A DNA stretch of 64,000 nucleotides from NCBI GenBank assembly GCA_041178425.1, contig JBEGVH010000009.1:128001-192000 (forward strand), in the 5' to 3' direction. The notes below the pieces were generated by a model. That model saw nothing but the letters and a program-made list of their open reading frames with translations. It did no database searches and was not told the DNA's origin. Positions 38,728-48,711 of the stretch are shown one piece after another. A program made the translations under genes and the position numbers. Positions within the stretch are counted from its first letter, which is position 1; each line of letters starts with the position of its first letter. The stretch is from Pseudomonadota bacterium (lineage in GTDB: Bacteria > Bdellovibrionota > Bdellovibrionia > Bdellovibrionales > Bdellovibrionaceae).

Positions 38728-39785
38728 TAGCAGATCCTCGGTAACAACTCACCCGGAGGAAGCATCCAACGACGGCTCACACCACTGGGGAGCTTCAAGC
38801 GACACAAACCTGGATCGCTCTCTCCAACAACAGTTCCTATCACGGCGGCCGTTGATGAATGAGAAAACGTTTTTAAAAGCTTTACTGTCTCAGTGGCTTG
38901 TGTCGGCGAAACAAAGAGTAAACAAGCGCCTTCGTTCGCCATCGAATGAACATCTAGGCCTAAAAGTTCGCAGGCACTCGCCACATCTTTTTGTTTGGGA
39001 ATCAGCTGTTCCTCTAACTCAATTTGCTTTTGCCCGGTCGATGCAATCTCTACCGCGGCAGCCAGCAATCCCCCACGCGTGAGATCTCGCGCACAGTGAA
39101 TCGCAATATCGTTTTCGACTAAAGCTTTAGTCATACTGACAAGTTCATGGCAATCACTTTGAATCGAACTTTTTAAACCCAATTGATTACGTGCACATAA
39201 AATGGCGGTTCCATGATTACCAATTTCTCGCGATAAAATAGCAATGTCTCCTACCTGCAGCCTTTTTGGCTGCCAGGCACAAGGTGCGATTTTTAAACCA
39301 ATTCCGGAGGTGTTAATAAAAATCTTATCGCCTTTTCCTCTTGGAACAACTTTTGTATCGCCGCAGGTTACTTTAAGATTGAGGGCCTTTAGCTCTTGGG
39401 CCATAGACCTTAAGACTTTGCGAAAGTCAGAAAGCAAAAAACCCTCTTCAAGAATGAACGCCACTGATATTGCTACGGGCTCAGCGCCCATCATTGCAAG
39501 GTCATTGACAGTTCCAACAATACTTAACTTTCCAATATCACCGCCTGGAAAAAAAATCGGATCAACAACGAAGGAATCGGTCGTAAAAACAAGATCCTCC
39601 GGTCCCCATCTCTCACGAATTGGCAATGTGACAAACCCTGCGTCGAGTTCATGAAGAAAGAGAGAATCACCTAACTCCGGGCCAATAACGTAGCGTAATA
39701 AATCGCTCGTCATACGTCCACCGCTTCCATGTCCGATGATGATGTGGTCAAATTGGTATTGAGGCAAAGGGCAATTCAAATTCAT
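38727..39785 (-). CDS. hypE: Carbamoyl dehydratase HypE
   Basis: HGSGG, TTDSFVV, GDIG..VNDLAMMGA, GDTKVV, RDLTRGG, ANEG, C-terminal PRIC. Confidence 0.97.
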   Translation of the reverse strand: MNLNCPLPQYQFDHIIIGHGSGGRMTSDLLRYVIGPELGDSLFLHELDAGFVTLPIRERWGPEDLVFTTDSFVVDPIFFPGGDIGKLSIVGTVNDLAMMGAEPVAISVAFILEEGFLLSDFRKVLRSMAQELKALNLKVTCGDTKVVPRGKGDKIFINTSGIGLKIAPCAWQPKRLQVGDIAILSREIGNHGTAILCARNQLGLKSSIQSDCHELVSMTKALVENDIAIHCARDLTRGGLLAAAVEIASTGQKQIELEEQLIPKQKDVASACELLGLDVHSMANEGACLLFVSPTQATETVKLLKTFSHSSTAAVIGTVVGESDPGLCRLKLPSGVSRRWMLPPGELLPRIC

Positions 39786-39830
39786 AGGCTGAGCCTACCC
39801 TCTAATCTCCTTTTTGAAAATCAAAACGTC

Positions 39831-42119
39831 TTAAAGGGAGCTTTTTTGACTCCTGAGTTGGCCAATCGCAACACCACCATCGTTAATTGGAACCCGGCTT
39901 GGCACCAGAACCCTAAAATTCCTCCTTACCCCTTCTTTCATAATTCCTCCGAGCAGAATTCGGTTTTGAAATACGCCACCTCCTAAAACCAATGTCTTTT
40001 GATTGAGGTGCTCTGCGAGCGAAAAACAACTGTCTATGAGTACATGGTGAAAATCAATTGCCTTTTGATTAGGAGATTCTCCGCGAAGATAAGATCTCGC
40101 TGCTGAACGAATCCATTCTCTCCAATCTAAAAGGGAAAAATTGTTCTGCAAAACCCAAGGATCGCAAGAGGATACCGACGGGCTCACACTCTCAGCGGCA
40201 AATTCGAGTTTCATCGCTGCTTCGGCATCAAATGAATTTTCTTGTGCAATGCCAAGAAGGGCCGCAACACCCTCAAAAAAACGACCCATACTTGTGCAGA
40301 CAGGGGAGTTGATTTTTTTTTGCCACATTTGCTGAAGTATCTCAAAGTCCTGAACCTGCTTCGTCGATTGAGCTTTTAAAAACCACTCTTTTGCCAAACC
40401 AACATCAACGTCGAACAAGAGCGCTAAGGCCACTCGCCATGGCGCGCGCACGGCGGAGCTTCCCCCCAGCAAAAGAAAGGGTCTCAACGAAGCCACTCTC
40501 AATAAATCATTGGAGCGCGGATCATTCAAAAAGAATTCTCCTCCCCATATCGTACCATCATCGCCGTAACCAGTGCCATCCCAGGCGACCCCCAAAAAAG
40601 AGCTATCGATTTGATTTTCAACCAAGGTTGAATAGATATGAGCTCGGTGATGTTGAATACTATTTTTTGGTAAGTTCAAGGCTTCGCTTTGTGTCTGAAT
40701 CCATTCCGAAGTAAAGTAACCTGGGTGTTTATCGTGAATAAAGCCATCGGGATTCCATTGGTAAAATTTTGAGTATTCTCGGAATTCACTTTGATAGAGC
40801 TCCTGACTTAACTCACTCTCCATATCTCCTAGATGTTGACTCAAAATGATTTTGTTTTTCGCCTGCAAGGCAAAGGTAGCTTTCATATGGGGACCACTCG
40901 CGAAAAGTCTTTCACTCCCATTCGCTTTGAACAGCAAAGGAGCTAGACCACGAGCGGCTCTCAAAACAAAAACTTGTCCTTCGGTAACTTGAACCACAGA
41001 GTCATCGATAGGGCGAGCAATTGGTCGATCATGAACCAAAAAATAATCAGCAACTCCTCGAAGCCTTTCAAAAACATCGGGCTCACTTGAGACCATTGGT
41101 TCGTCAGACAAATTAGCGCTGGTAACAACCAAGGGACCTTCAAATAGTTGGAGTAACCAGTGATGCAGCGGAGTATTGGGTAAAAAGACACCCAAATAAG
41201 GGTTCTCTGGAGCCACTTCCTCGCTTAAGGATTCACCCTCCTTCTTTTTTTTCAAAAGAACAATCGGGGCAGCCTCAGATTGTAACTGAGCTTTTTCGAT
41301 TTCATTCACTTCACAATAAATACCAACCTCAATAATATTGCTCACCATCACTGCAAAGGGTTTTCTCGCTCTCACCTTTCTCGCTCTCAAAGCGAGTAAG
41401 GCCTGTGAGTTTTTGGCATCAACTACTAATTGATAGCCGCCAATTCCTTTGACGGCGACAATTTTACCGCACTTCAGTTGTTCAACTGCTTTTTCTAAGG
41501 CTGAAAACCCCTGCGCCAGCTCCGTTTGATCTGAAGCAAACATTGTGAGTTTAGGGCCACAATCGGCACAGGCGTTAGGTTGAGCATGGAATCGACGATC
41601 ACGTGGATTCTCAAATTCTCTTAGACAGGCGTTACACTGAATGAAGGCAGACATTGTTGTTTGAGAGCGGTCATAGGGTAAACCAGTGATGATTGAGAAT
41701 CGAGGTCCGCAGTGAGTGCAATTAGTAAATAAATATCGGTAGCGTCTATTCGAGGGATCGTTAATTTCGCTCACGCACTGTGAACAGGTTGCCAGATCCG
41801 GTAAAACATCAGCGGCAAAATTGGCTGTCAATTCGCTCTCTCTTATCTCAAAGCTATCAAATGGCGGATCGGTGTCTCTACTCGTTGAAACAGAGATATC
41901 GTCGATCTGAGCCATTTTGGGTTTCTCCGCCCTTAGCCGACGAATAAAAAGCTTCTGTGTCTCTTCACTGCAATCAATAACAACATTAACACCCTCGGTA
42001 TCATTATTGACCCATCCCTTTAAGTTTAATTCCAGGGCTAAATTGAACACGAACGGGCGGAAGCCAATACCTTGAACAATCCCTCTAATGCGTAAATGAT
42101 GACGATTAATGAAGTTCAT
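39831..42119 (-). CDS. hypF: Carbamoyltransferase HypF
   Basis: Acylphosphatase GIVQGIGFRPFV, zinc fingers (CSQC/CTHC/CNAC/CADC), KGIGG, QHHRAH, DGTGYG, TSMGR, NDGG. Confidence 0.97.
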   Translation of the reverse strand: MNFINRHHLRIRGIVQGIGFRPFVFNLALELNLKGWVNNDTEGVNVVIDCSEETQKLFIRRLRAEKPKMAQIDDISVSTSRDTDPPFDSFEIRESELTANFAADVLPDLATCSQCVSEINDPSNRRYRYLFTNCTHCGPRFSIITGLPYDRSQTTMSAFIQCNACLREFENPRDRRFHAQPNACADCGPKLTMFASDQTELAQGFSALEKAVEQLKCGKIVAVKGIGGYQLVVDAKNSQALLALRARKVRARKPFAVMVSNIIEVGIYCEVNEIEKAQLQSEAAPIVLLKKKKEGESLSEEVAPENPYLGVFLPNTPLHHWLLQLFEGPLVVTSANLSDEPMVSSEPDVFERLRGVADYFLVHDRPIARPIDDSVVQVTEGQVFVLRAARGLAPLLFKANGSERLFASGPHMKATFALQAKNKIILSQHLGDMESELSQELYQSEFREYSKFYQWNPDGFIHDKHPGYFTSEWIQTQSEALNLPKNSIQHHRAHIYSTLVENQIDSSFLGVAWDGTGYGDDGTIWGGEFFLNDPRSNDLLRVASLRPFLLLGGSSAVRAPWRVALALLFDVDVGLAKEWFLKAQSTKQVQDFEILQQMWQKKINSPVCTSMGRFFEGVAALLGIAQENSFDAEAAMKLEFAAESVSPSVSSCDPWVLQNNFSLLDWREWIRSAARSYLRGESPNQKAIDFHHVLIDSCFSLAEHLNQKTLVLGGGVFQNRILLGGIMKEGVRRNFRVLVPSRVPINDGGVAIGQLRSQKSSL

Positions 42120-42289
42120 AAGTTGATTCTATTGCAAAACATCGCTGGCGAAAAGTCTTCTTGTGTGAATTGAGTTTCATCGGCGGCAATAAAGGCCATT
42201 ATCGGTTAATTCTCAATCAGACGGTCATTTTGATCCCTCCCCTTGATTTGCTTAATACAAGCGATTAGGCTCTCCTAATCGGAGGTTCT

Positions 42290-43213
42290 ATGATTTTAAG
42301 ATTTGTTGTCTTTTGGCTCACACTCTGTATTTCTTCCCTTGGCTTTTCTCTCACTGAATTAGCTCTCAATTGGAAAGCGGAGCCAGAATTTGGTGGCTTT
42401 TATGAAGCTATTCCGCTCTTAAGAAATCAAGGAATCGAACTTAAAATATCTGAAGGTGGCTCAAGCTCTCCTACAATACAAATGCTGGGAGCCAAACAAG
42501 TTCCCCTTGCTATCGTTAGTGGCGATGAACTCGTCACCGCTAGGGATCGCGGTATTGATCTTGTTGCTGTGTTCGCCGTCTACCAGACCAACCCCCAAGG
42601 ACTGATGGTTAAAGAAACCACTCCCTTCAAAACCATCGAACAACTTTTGAATGCACCATCAATGACTATTGGCATGCAAATGGGTCTTCCTTACGTGGCC
42701 TATCTGAAAAAGAAATTTCCAAACATCAAAGCTCGGCTCGTTCCCTATCAAGGAGGGATTGGCCCCTTTTTGGCGCAGAAAGATTATGCCCAACAATGTT
42801 TTGTCACCGCCGAGGCCCTCGCCGCCAATAAAGCCGGCACTAAAGTAAGAACTTTTACTTTAGACCAAGTAGGTTTTAATCCCTACCTCACTGTCGTTGC
42901 CGTTCACAAAGATTCTCTCCTTAAAAACAAACTAGAAATTACCAAAATTGTTTCGGCATTTCGTGTTGGCTGGGAAAACTACCTCAAAAATCCAATCGCC
43001 ACAGATAAGCTCATGAATAAGCTCAATCCCTCGATGACATTAGAAACTTTTTCCGAATCAGGAAAAGCTCAGCTGTCTTTAATCAAGCCCACTGAGAATT
43101 TTGCGGTTGGATCGATGACGGCGGTTCGATGGAAAACTTTGGCAGATCAACTTAAAGATCTAGGCTTAATTAAAGTGGTTCAGAATCCAGATAATTATTT
43201 CATTAACCTCTAG
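42290..43213 (+). CDS. ABC substrate-binding protein, NMT1/THI5-like family
   Basis: LNWKAEPEFGGFY, AVFAVYQTNPQGLM, GFNPY; signal peptide; RBS GGAGG. Confidence 0.85.
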   Translation: MILRFVVFWLTLCISSLGFSLTELALNWKAEPEFGGFYEAIPLLRNQGIELKISEGGSSSPTIQMLGAKQVPLAIVSGDELVTARDRGIDLVAVFAVYQTNPQGLMVKETTPFKTIEQLLNAPSMTIGMQMGLPYVAYLKKKFPNIKARLVPYQGGIGPFLAQKDYAQQCFVTAEALAANKAGTKVRTFTLDQVGFNPYLTVVAVHKDSLLKNKLEITKIVSAFRVGWENYLKNPIATDKLMNKLNPSMTLETFSESGKAQLSLIKPTENFAVGSMTAVRWKTLADQLKDLGLIKVVQNPDNYFINL

Positions 43214-43980
43214 TTTGCACAGGCAGGCTCGCGCCATTGCGGCCAACGCTGACGAATTTTTTCAGCATTGGCTTGCTGTTCTTGTTCAAGTTCGTTCAAT
43301 TGCAATTGCAACTGGTCTGCTAGATTCTTACAGATCGAAGAGTCTCGATTGGAAGCTTCATTGCATTGTGCCTTAAGGTCGGCATAAAACTTTTGTCGTT
43401 CTTGAAAAGACTTTTTAGCAGAACAAAAGTTTGCAGTTTCAGGCGCCGAGTGGTCTGCGAAAGCGACTTCCATTTGACTGATTTTTGCTTGGATTTTTTG
43501 GCTGATCTTTTTGTGCTCTTGGGCCTGCCTTTTAGAAGCGTCCAGATCGGACGCTACAAAATTTAAGATTCGCTTATGGCCCGAAAAATCACTCTTTGGC
43601 AAACGTTTCATCAACTGAGTTAGCTCTAGACTATAAAACTTTATCTTTTCAGGATCACGAAAGTCTGTTGGAGCCTTCATATACTTTTCAATAGCCCTAA
43701 CGAATTCGGTTCGTTGCCCCAGTTTTTTCTCGTAAACCATGAGCTGTTTTGCCCAAATGTTTAGAACCTCCCAGCGCCTCTGATAAACAGTTTCATTGAG
43801 CCATTGACGAGTTTTGGGGTAAGCGGACTGATTCGCCCATAACTGGTAAGTATCATTAACCTCTTGGGCATAGGATTGGCTAAACACTATAAAGGCCTGT
43901 TGCTGGGAATATCCATGCCCAACAAAAAGTGCGCACCCTAAAACACCAAACATTAAAAGATTCAGTAAAATCTGTCTCAT
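43210..43980 (-). CDS. Hypothetical exported helical/coiled-coil protein
   Basis: N-terminal hydrophobic segment, Gln-rich helices, four C-terminal Cys. Confidence 0.7.
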   Translation of the reverse strand: MRQILLNLLMFGVLGCALFVGHGYSQQQAFIVFSQSYAQEVNDTYQLWANQSAYPKTRQWLNETVYQRRWEVLNIWAKQLMVYEKKLGQRTEFVRAIEKYMKAPTDFRDPEKIKFYSLELTQLMKRLPKSDFSGHKRILNFVASDLDASKRQAQEHKKISQKIQAKISQMEVAFADHSAPETANFCSAKKSFQERQKFYADLKAQCNEASNRDSSICKNLADQLQLQLNELEQEQQANAEKIRQRWPQWREPACAN

Positions 43981-43991
43981 ACCTATAACCT

Positions 43992-44019
43992 ATTTCGGCC
44001 ACTTGTACTTTCTTTTTTA
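43992..44019 (-). promoter_or_regulatory. Putative sigma-28 promoter
   Basis: TAAA-N16-GCCGAAAT, 11 nt upstream of ATG 43980. Confidence 0.5.
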
Positions 44020-44119
44020 CGGTCTATTGGTCTGGGTCTTTGACTGAACATTAAAAACCTTGCTGATTGACTGCGGCAATATCTTCTATTTTTATAGACC
44101 AAAGAGGTCGGAGGACCAA

Positions 44120-44848
44120 ATGCATCCAACCAAGACACGCTTCACAAGCCAGAGCTTTTATTGGAACAATTATTTTATCACTGAGCACACGCCACTGGAG
44201 CCAATGAAAGGCCAGTTTGTCTTACTGCATGGGTTTCCAGCTTGGGTTTCTAAAAACTATGACATCGGCGAGCTATTAGCGCTCTTAGGATACAAGGTCT
44301 TCATCCCCCATCACCAAGGTCTAGGGCAATCCCATGGCAACTTTGAATTTCTCAAGAATATCAAGGAGACCAGCCAACTAATTAAAGCCATCAAGGAACG
44401 AAATCCTCTTCTTCCCTTTTCGCTCCTTGGCCATAGTTGGGGGGCCTACCTGTCGCTCCGACATCTCCATGAAATCACAGATAAGCTCGTTCTCCTGGCC
44501 CCCCTTGCTCACTTCCCAAAGGACAGGCGAAGAGATCTCTTGCTTGAAAATCTTTATGAAAAAAACAAACAAGACATTCCATCGTATGATTTAGCGCAAT
44601 TAAAAGCCGTCTTTGAAAAATTAGAACAAGAAATGGATTACTCAATCCTGAATACTGAACTCTGGACCAAAAAATCTCTTCTAATTTATGGAGCAAATGA
44701 TGAAGTGATTTCTTCGGATTTGATGACGGATTTTGCCTCATCTCTTCGATCGCCTCAACATACAACGAAGGTCACTGACGATGATCATCGTTTGTCGAAG
44801 CGACGACAGATTTTAGAGATGATAAAAAACTGGGTAACTATTCTTTAG
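44120..44848 (+). CDS. Alpha/beta hydrolase
   Basis: LLHGFP, GLGQS, nucleophile GHSWG, GANDEVI, DDH; RBS GGAGG before ATG 44120. Confidence 0.88.
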   Translation: MHPTKTRFTSQSFYWNNYFITEHTPLEPMKGQFVLLHGFPAWVSKNYDIGELLALLGYKVFIPHHQGLGQSHGNFEFLKNIKETSQLIKAIKERNPLLPFSLLGHSWGAYLSLRHLHEITDKLVLLAPLAHFPKDRRRDLLLENLYEKNKQDIPSYDLAQLKAVFEKLEQEMDYSILNTELWTKKSLLIYGANDEVISSDLMTDFASSLRSPQHTTKVTDDDHRLSKRRQILEMIKNWVTIL

Positions 44849-46253
44849 CCGATAGCTTTTTGTATTTACCCAATTTTTGCAACTGCCCCTCAATGGCAGC
44901 TCCGTCTCCATAGACAATGATATCCAACCGCTCTGGTTGAAAATACTTTTTCAGAATTGAATTTACTTGAGCCAGCTTCAATGAGTTGACGTTACTGACG
45001 TACTGGGTGAGATAGGAGTCCTCGATCCCATAATAACGAAGCACAAGCATTTGATAGGCCAATGAGTCCATGGTTTCAACAGCCCGGGGAAACTGCCCAA
45101 TCATAACTGATTTAGCAGCCTGCAATTCCTCATCTGTAATTCCTTGATCTGCGAAAGTCTTAAAAACATCAAGAGTCGCAGAAATCGTCTCGCCCACTTT
45201 GTCGTTTCTTGTGAACGTTTGAATCATAAATGGTCCCGAGAAGCGCCGAGCTTCAAAGGCCGAAGAAATACCGTAGGTAAGTCCGAGATCATCTCTCACT
45301 CGCTGATTTAATCGGCTCGCGAAAGCTCCACCTAAAACCATATTAGCCGCTCGTAAACTAAGAAAGTCGGGATGAGAGCGATCGATAAAAACATGGCCAA
45401 TTCGAACTTGTGCCTGCACCAATCCTCTTTTTGATTTCAAATAGGTGCCCGCAACAGGACTCGCCGGGGGGCCCCATGCAATAGGAGCTTTCTTTTTGTC
45501 TGACAGCCAGGTAATGACCTTTGCCTTCATCTGCTGCTTAAAAAGCTCATCAAAGTCACCAACGACCGCAATGGTTGTGTTCTCGGGAATAAAATTATTT
45601 TTATAAAATTCAATCACGTCTTTACGTTGTATCTGCTCGAGGCTCGAAATTTCACCCATTGTTGGCAAAGCATAGGGGTGACTTTGAAATAACAGGCGCG
45701 AGAAGATCTTATCTGAATACTGATCGGCATCGTCTTCAATTTTTGCTAGGGAACTTTGAATTTGCTTTTTCATCCGCGCAAATTCTTTTTGTTCGAAACG
45801 TGGGTTCATTAAAATATCTAAGAACGAATCCAAGAGTATCTCTTTGGTATAAGAAAGGCCACGAAGCGATAAGGTGGTGTAATCATAACCGGGATTGATC
45901 GACAAATCAGCCCCTAAGCCTTCGAGTTTTTCGGCAATATCGACACTCGAATACTTTTTAGTTCCTTCATCTAGAAGACTCGATGTTAAGAAGGATAAAC
46001 CAGATTTGTTTTTTGGATCTCTGATGGCACCACTGTTAACAAGCGCAATCAAACTGACCTTCGGTAAGGTTGTATCTTTAATAAAAAGAAGCTTTAAACC
46101 ATTTGAAAGTTCAACTTCACTGGTCTCAGGGAGTCGAACACCCTGCGTAAACTGACTAGCCCCACGAGAAGAAGACAAGGAGCTACACCCCTGCCACACG
46201 CCAACCATTGCCATTAACAAAATAAGAATTCCCATTTTTTTCATACTGATCAC
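44838..46253 (-). CDS. M16 family peptidase, non-catalytic subunit (probable lipoprotein)
   Basis: LSNGL..GLSFLTSSLLDEGT (HxxEH absent), GGAFASRLNQRVR..GLTY; lipobox-like VWQGC. Confidence 0.88.
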   Translation of the reverse strand: MISMKKMGILILLMAMVGVWQGCSSLSSSRGASQFTQGVRLPETSEVELSNGLKLLFIKDTTLPKVSLIALVNSGAIRDPKNKSGLSFLTSSLLDEGTKKYSSVDIAEKLEGLGADLSINPGYDYTTLSLRGLSYTKEILLDSFLDILMNPRFEQKEFARMKKQIQSSLAKIEDDADQYSDKIFSRLLFQSHPYALPTMGEISSLEQIQRKDVIEFYKNNFIPENTTIAVVGDFDELFKQQMKAKVITWLSDKKKAPIAWGPPASPVAGTYLKSKRGLVQAQVRIGHVFIDRSHPDFLSLRAANMVLGGAFASRLNQRVRDDLGLTYGISSAFEARRFSGPFMIQTFTRNDKVGETISATLDVFKTFADQGITDEELQAAKSVMIGQFPRAVETMDSLAYQMLVLRYYGIEDSYLTQYVSNVNSLKLAQVNSILKKYFQPERLDIIVYGDGAAIEGQLQKLGKYKKLSAKE

Positions 46254-46261
46254 TTTCCCTG

Positions 46262-47665
46262 TTATTTTCTGTCAACGGTTACAGAATTGAATTTTTCTTG
46301 AGCGATGTACGATTTGACCCTCTCGATATCCTCTACCGACACTTTTAAATATCTATCAATGTCCCTAAAAAATTCTCTGTAATCTCCAAGCAATACTTCA
46401 TTCATTGCCAAAATCCTCGCTTTACCGTCATTCGTTCTGAGCGAGTCGATATAGTCACTAAGAACCATATTCTTTGCTTTTAGAAGCTCTTCTGGCTTGA
46501 TTGGCAGCTTGCGAAGTCTCTCTAACTGAGCTTCAAGGCTGGTGCGAATCTGATCGGCTTTTGATCCTGGCTTAGCTACAACTTGAATATAAAACATTCC
46601 TGAGTCTTGCAAAGTGTAGTGCCCACTCGCTGCGGAAAGTGCAACCTGCTGTTTGTAAACAAGCTCCTGATAGAGTCGCGATGATTTGCCTTGGCCAAAA
46701 ATAGAGCTCAACAAATCTAATGCATAGGCATCATCGACACCCCCCTTGACCGTTAAACTGCCCCACATTAATTCGGGCCCCTGCACCGGAAAGGGCACTC
46801 TAGTGGAGACAACCTTGGAGTCTTTATCGTTCATAGCCACAAGCCGCGAAGGACGCTCAGGGCTTTTTAAAGATCCGTAGTATTTTTTGATGAGTTTTTT
46901 GACTTGATTGACATCAAAATCACCGACAATGACGACAACGGCATTAGAGGGAACGTACCATTTACTATAAAATCGTTTTAGTTTTTCGATATTAAAACCA
47001 CTAATGTCTTGAGCTGTTCCAATGACGGGAAGACCATAGTTACTATTCTGAAACACGGCACTGGTCAGCTTTTCCCAACCCATGCCACTGGGATCGTTAT
47101 CGTAGCGCATACGACGCTCTTCTTTAACGACTTCTCTCTCTTTTTGAAATTCATCATCGACGATTTGAAGCGACTGCAGTCGATCAGCTTCCATGTCCAT
47201 GATTAATTCTAATTTTGAGCTCGGCAGAATTTCAAAGTAGCCAGTATAATCTTGAGTGGTGAAGGCGTTGTTCACAATACCGTTGGCCTGAAGAACTCGA
47301 TCAAAATCTTTATTGGGAAATCGCTGAGTGCCCTTAAACATCATATGTTCAAACATATGTGCTAAACCTGACTCCCCTGGGAGTTCGTCTTTTGCTCCCA
47401 CTCGAAACCAAGTATGATAAGAGACCATGGGAATGGATCTTTGAGAATGCAACAAAAACACCATTCCATTCGACAACGTTACTCTTTCAACGGGAAATTC
47501 AAGCTTAATGGCTTTTTGGGGAATACTCATAGGCAGCCCAACAACTGCACCCGTTTTAACCTCATGTTCATCGTTGTGTTTATCGAGCGAAACCCGAGGG
47601 TCACTCTCACCAAAAGCTGAAACCGAAAGACTCAAAAGCAACCCTATAAGAACGGATTTTAACAT
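46262..47665 (-). CDS. M16 family zinc peptidase, catalytic subunit
   Basis: GLAHMFEHMMFKGT (HxxEH), NAFT, EREVVKEERR; signal peptide from ATG 47665. Confidence 0.93.
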   Translation of the reverse strand: MLKSVLIGLLLSLSVSAFGESDPRVSLDKHNDEHEVKTGAVVGLPMSIPQKAIKLEFPVERVTLSNGMVFLLHSQRSIPMVSYHTWFRVGAKDELPGESGLAHMFEHMMFKGTQRFPNKDFDRVLQANGIVNNAFTTQDYTGYFEILPSSKLELIMDMEADRLQSLQIVDDEFQKEREVVKEERRMRYDNDPSGMGWEKLTSAVFQNSNYGLPVIGTAQDISGFNIEKLKRFYSKWYVPSNAVVVIVGDFDVNQVKKLIKKYYGSLKSPERPSRLVAMNDKDSKVVSTRVPFPVQGPELMWGSLTVKGGVDDAYALDLLSSIFGQGKSSRLYQELVYKQQVALSAASGHYTLQDSGMFYIQVVAKPGSKADQIRTSLEAQLERLRKLPIKPEELLKAKNMVLSDYIDSLRTNDGKARILAMNEVLLGDYREFFRDIDRYLKVSVEDIERVKSYIAQEKFNSVTVDRK

Positions 47666-47792
47666 ACACTCTCCCCCTTCTAAAAGACTCGAAGGAGACC
47701 TATTAAAGAACAACTAATTACGCCCCGCAAGACACCAATTCTTTAGAAATTAGACTAAGTTATCAATAGAGTTTATTTAGAAATGAGTGACT

Positions 47793-48305
47793 TTATTCTA
47801 TTCTGAATTTAGAGAAAAAAATGTCTTTCACAATACCTTTTTTGAGAATCGCATTGACGGCATCAGCAAACTGTTCTTTTAAAAATAACTTGCCTTGCAC
47901 AGAAGCGATATCATCATAGGATTTATTTTGAATTATCTGGAGAATCTGATCGCGAGCTTTTGCCTGATTATCCGAATCAATAAGCTCCTCATAGCCTTCA
48001 TGGTTCATCATCTCAAAAGACACTTCAACCTCAATGGCGCGCACGGGACTATCATCTAAATTGGCTTTGAAGGGCTCCATAGTGTAAATCATCGGAAGCT
48101 TTTCGATTTCTGCCTGTTCAGCATCAAGGCGCTCTGAAGCTTGTTCATTCGTGTACACAGGCGGGTTCCAACCAATTGTTCCCTTGTAGGCAAAAAACAA
48201 TCCCGCTCCAGACACTCCAAGATTAACGACGGCGAAAACAAGACTTAAAATTAGCCCCGTTTTATCTTTTTTGGGTTCTTGATCCGGTTTTTTTTCTTCA
48301 GACAA
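47793..48305 (-). CDS. fliL: Flagellar basal body-associated FliL family protein
   Basis: N-terminal TM, MEPFKANL, RDQILQII..K, GKLFLKE, VKDIFFSKF; TTG start after AAGGAG. Confidence 0.88.
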   Translation of the reverse strand: MSEEKKPDQEPKKDKTGLILSLVFAVVNLGVSGAGLFFAYKGTIGWNPPVYTNEQASERLDAEQAEIEKLPMIYTMEPFKANLDDSPVRAIEVEVSFEMMNHEGYEELIDSDNQAKARDQILQIIQNKSYDDIASVQGKLFLKEQFADAVNAILKKGIVKDIFFSKFRIE

Positions 48306-48325
48306 GGCCGCACTCCTTAACAAAC

Positions 48326-48352
48326 TTATCGGTCAACCAACTCAGTTTCTTA
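48326..48352 (-). promoter_or_regulatory. Putative sigma-28 promoter of fliL
   Basis: TAAG-N15-ACCGATAA upstream of a flagellar gene. Confidence 0.7.
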
Positions 48353-48370
48353 AGTGCAATAAAGGCCTCG

Positions 48371-48427
48371 AAAAAAAAGAAAAACCGATGTTTTGAAGCT
48401 CAATTGGCGAACTTTAAAACATCGGTT
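48371..48427 (-). terminator. Intrinsic terminator of the sppA-HIT-rhomboid-small ORF operon
   Basis: Minus strand AACCGATGTTTTAAAGTTC-loop-GAGCTTCAAAACATCGGTT followed by TTTCTTTTTTTT. Confidence 0.8.
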
Positions 48428-48501
48428 CTTTAAACGGTGATAAAATCTCATCTTGATACACCCTCTTGACGATAAATCAAGAGGACGCTTCGGGATTGAT
48501 T

Positions 48502-48702
48502 CTAGTGACTCTCTTCTTCGGATTCTTCTAACTCTTCTACTTCTTCAGCTTCTACTTCAGGGGGAGCAACAAGATTGGCACTATCTTCTAATTGAGCCAA
48601 AAACTTATTATAGTCTTCTTTGGTAATAAAACCTTGAGATAAATTATATTCCAATAAACGGATATCGAACTTCATTTTGTTCATTGCTTTTTCGAAAGAC
48701 AT
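48502..48702 (-). CDS. Small acidic hypothetical protein
   Basis: 66 aa, RBS GGAG, last gene of operon; FDIRLLEYNL..G.I...Y...L..LED pattern. Confidence 0.75.
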   Translation of the reverse strand: MSFEKAMNKMKFDIRLLEYNLSQGFITKEDYNKFLAQLEDSANLVAPPEVEAEEVEELEESEEESH

Positions 48703-48711
48703 TCTACACTC

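Noticed and set aside
42120..42289. TPP or FMN riboswitch before the THI5-like gene
   Set aside because: No CTGAGA/ACCTG (TPP) or AGGGCGGGGTGAAATTCCC (FMN) core found
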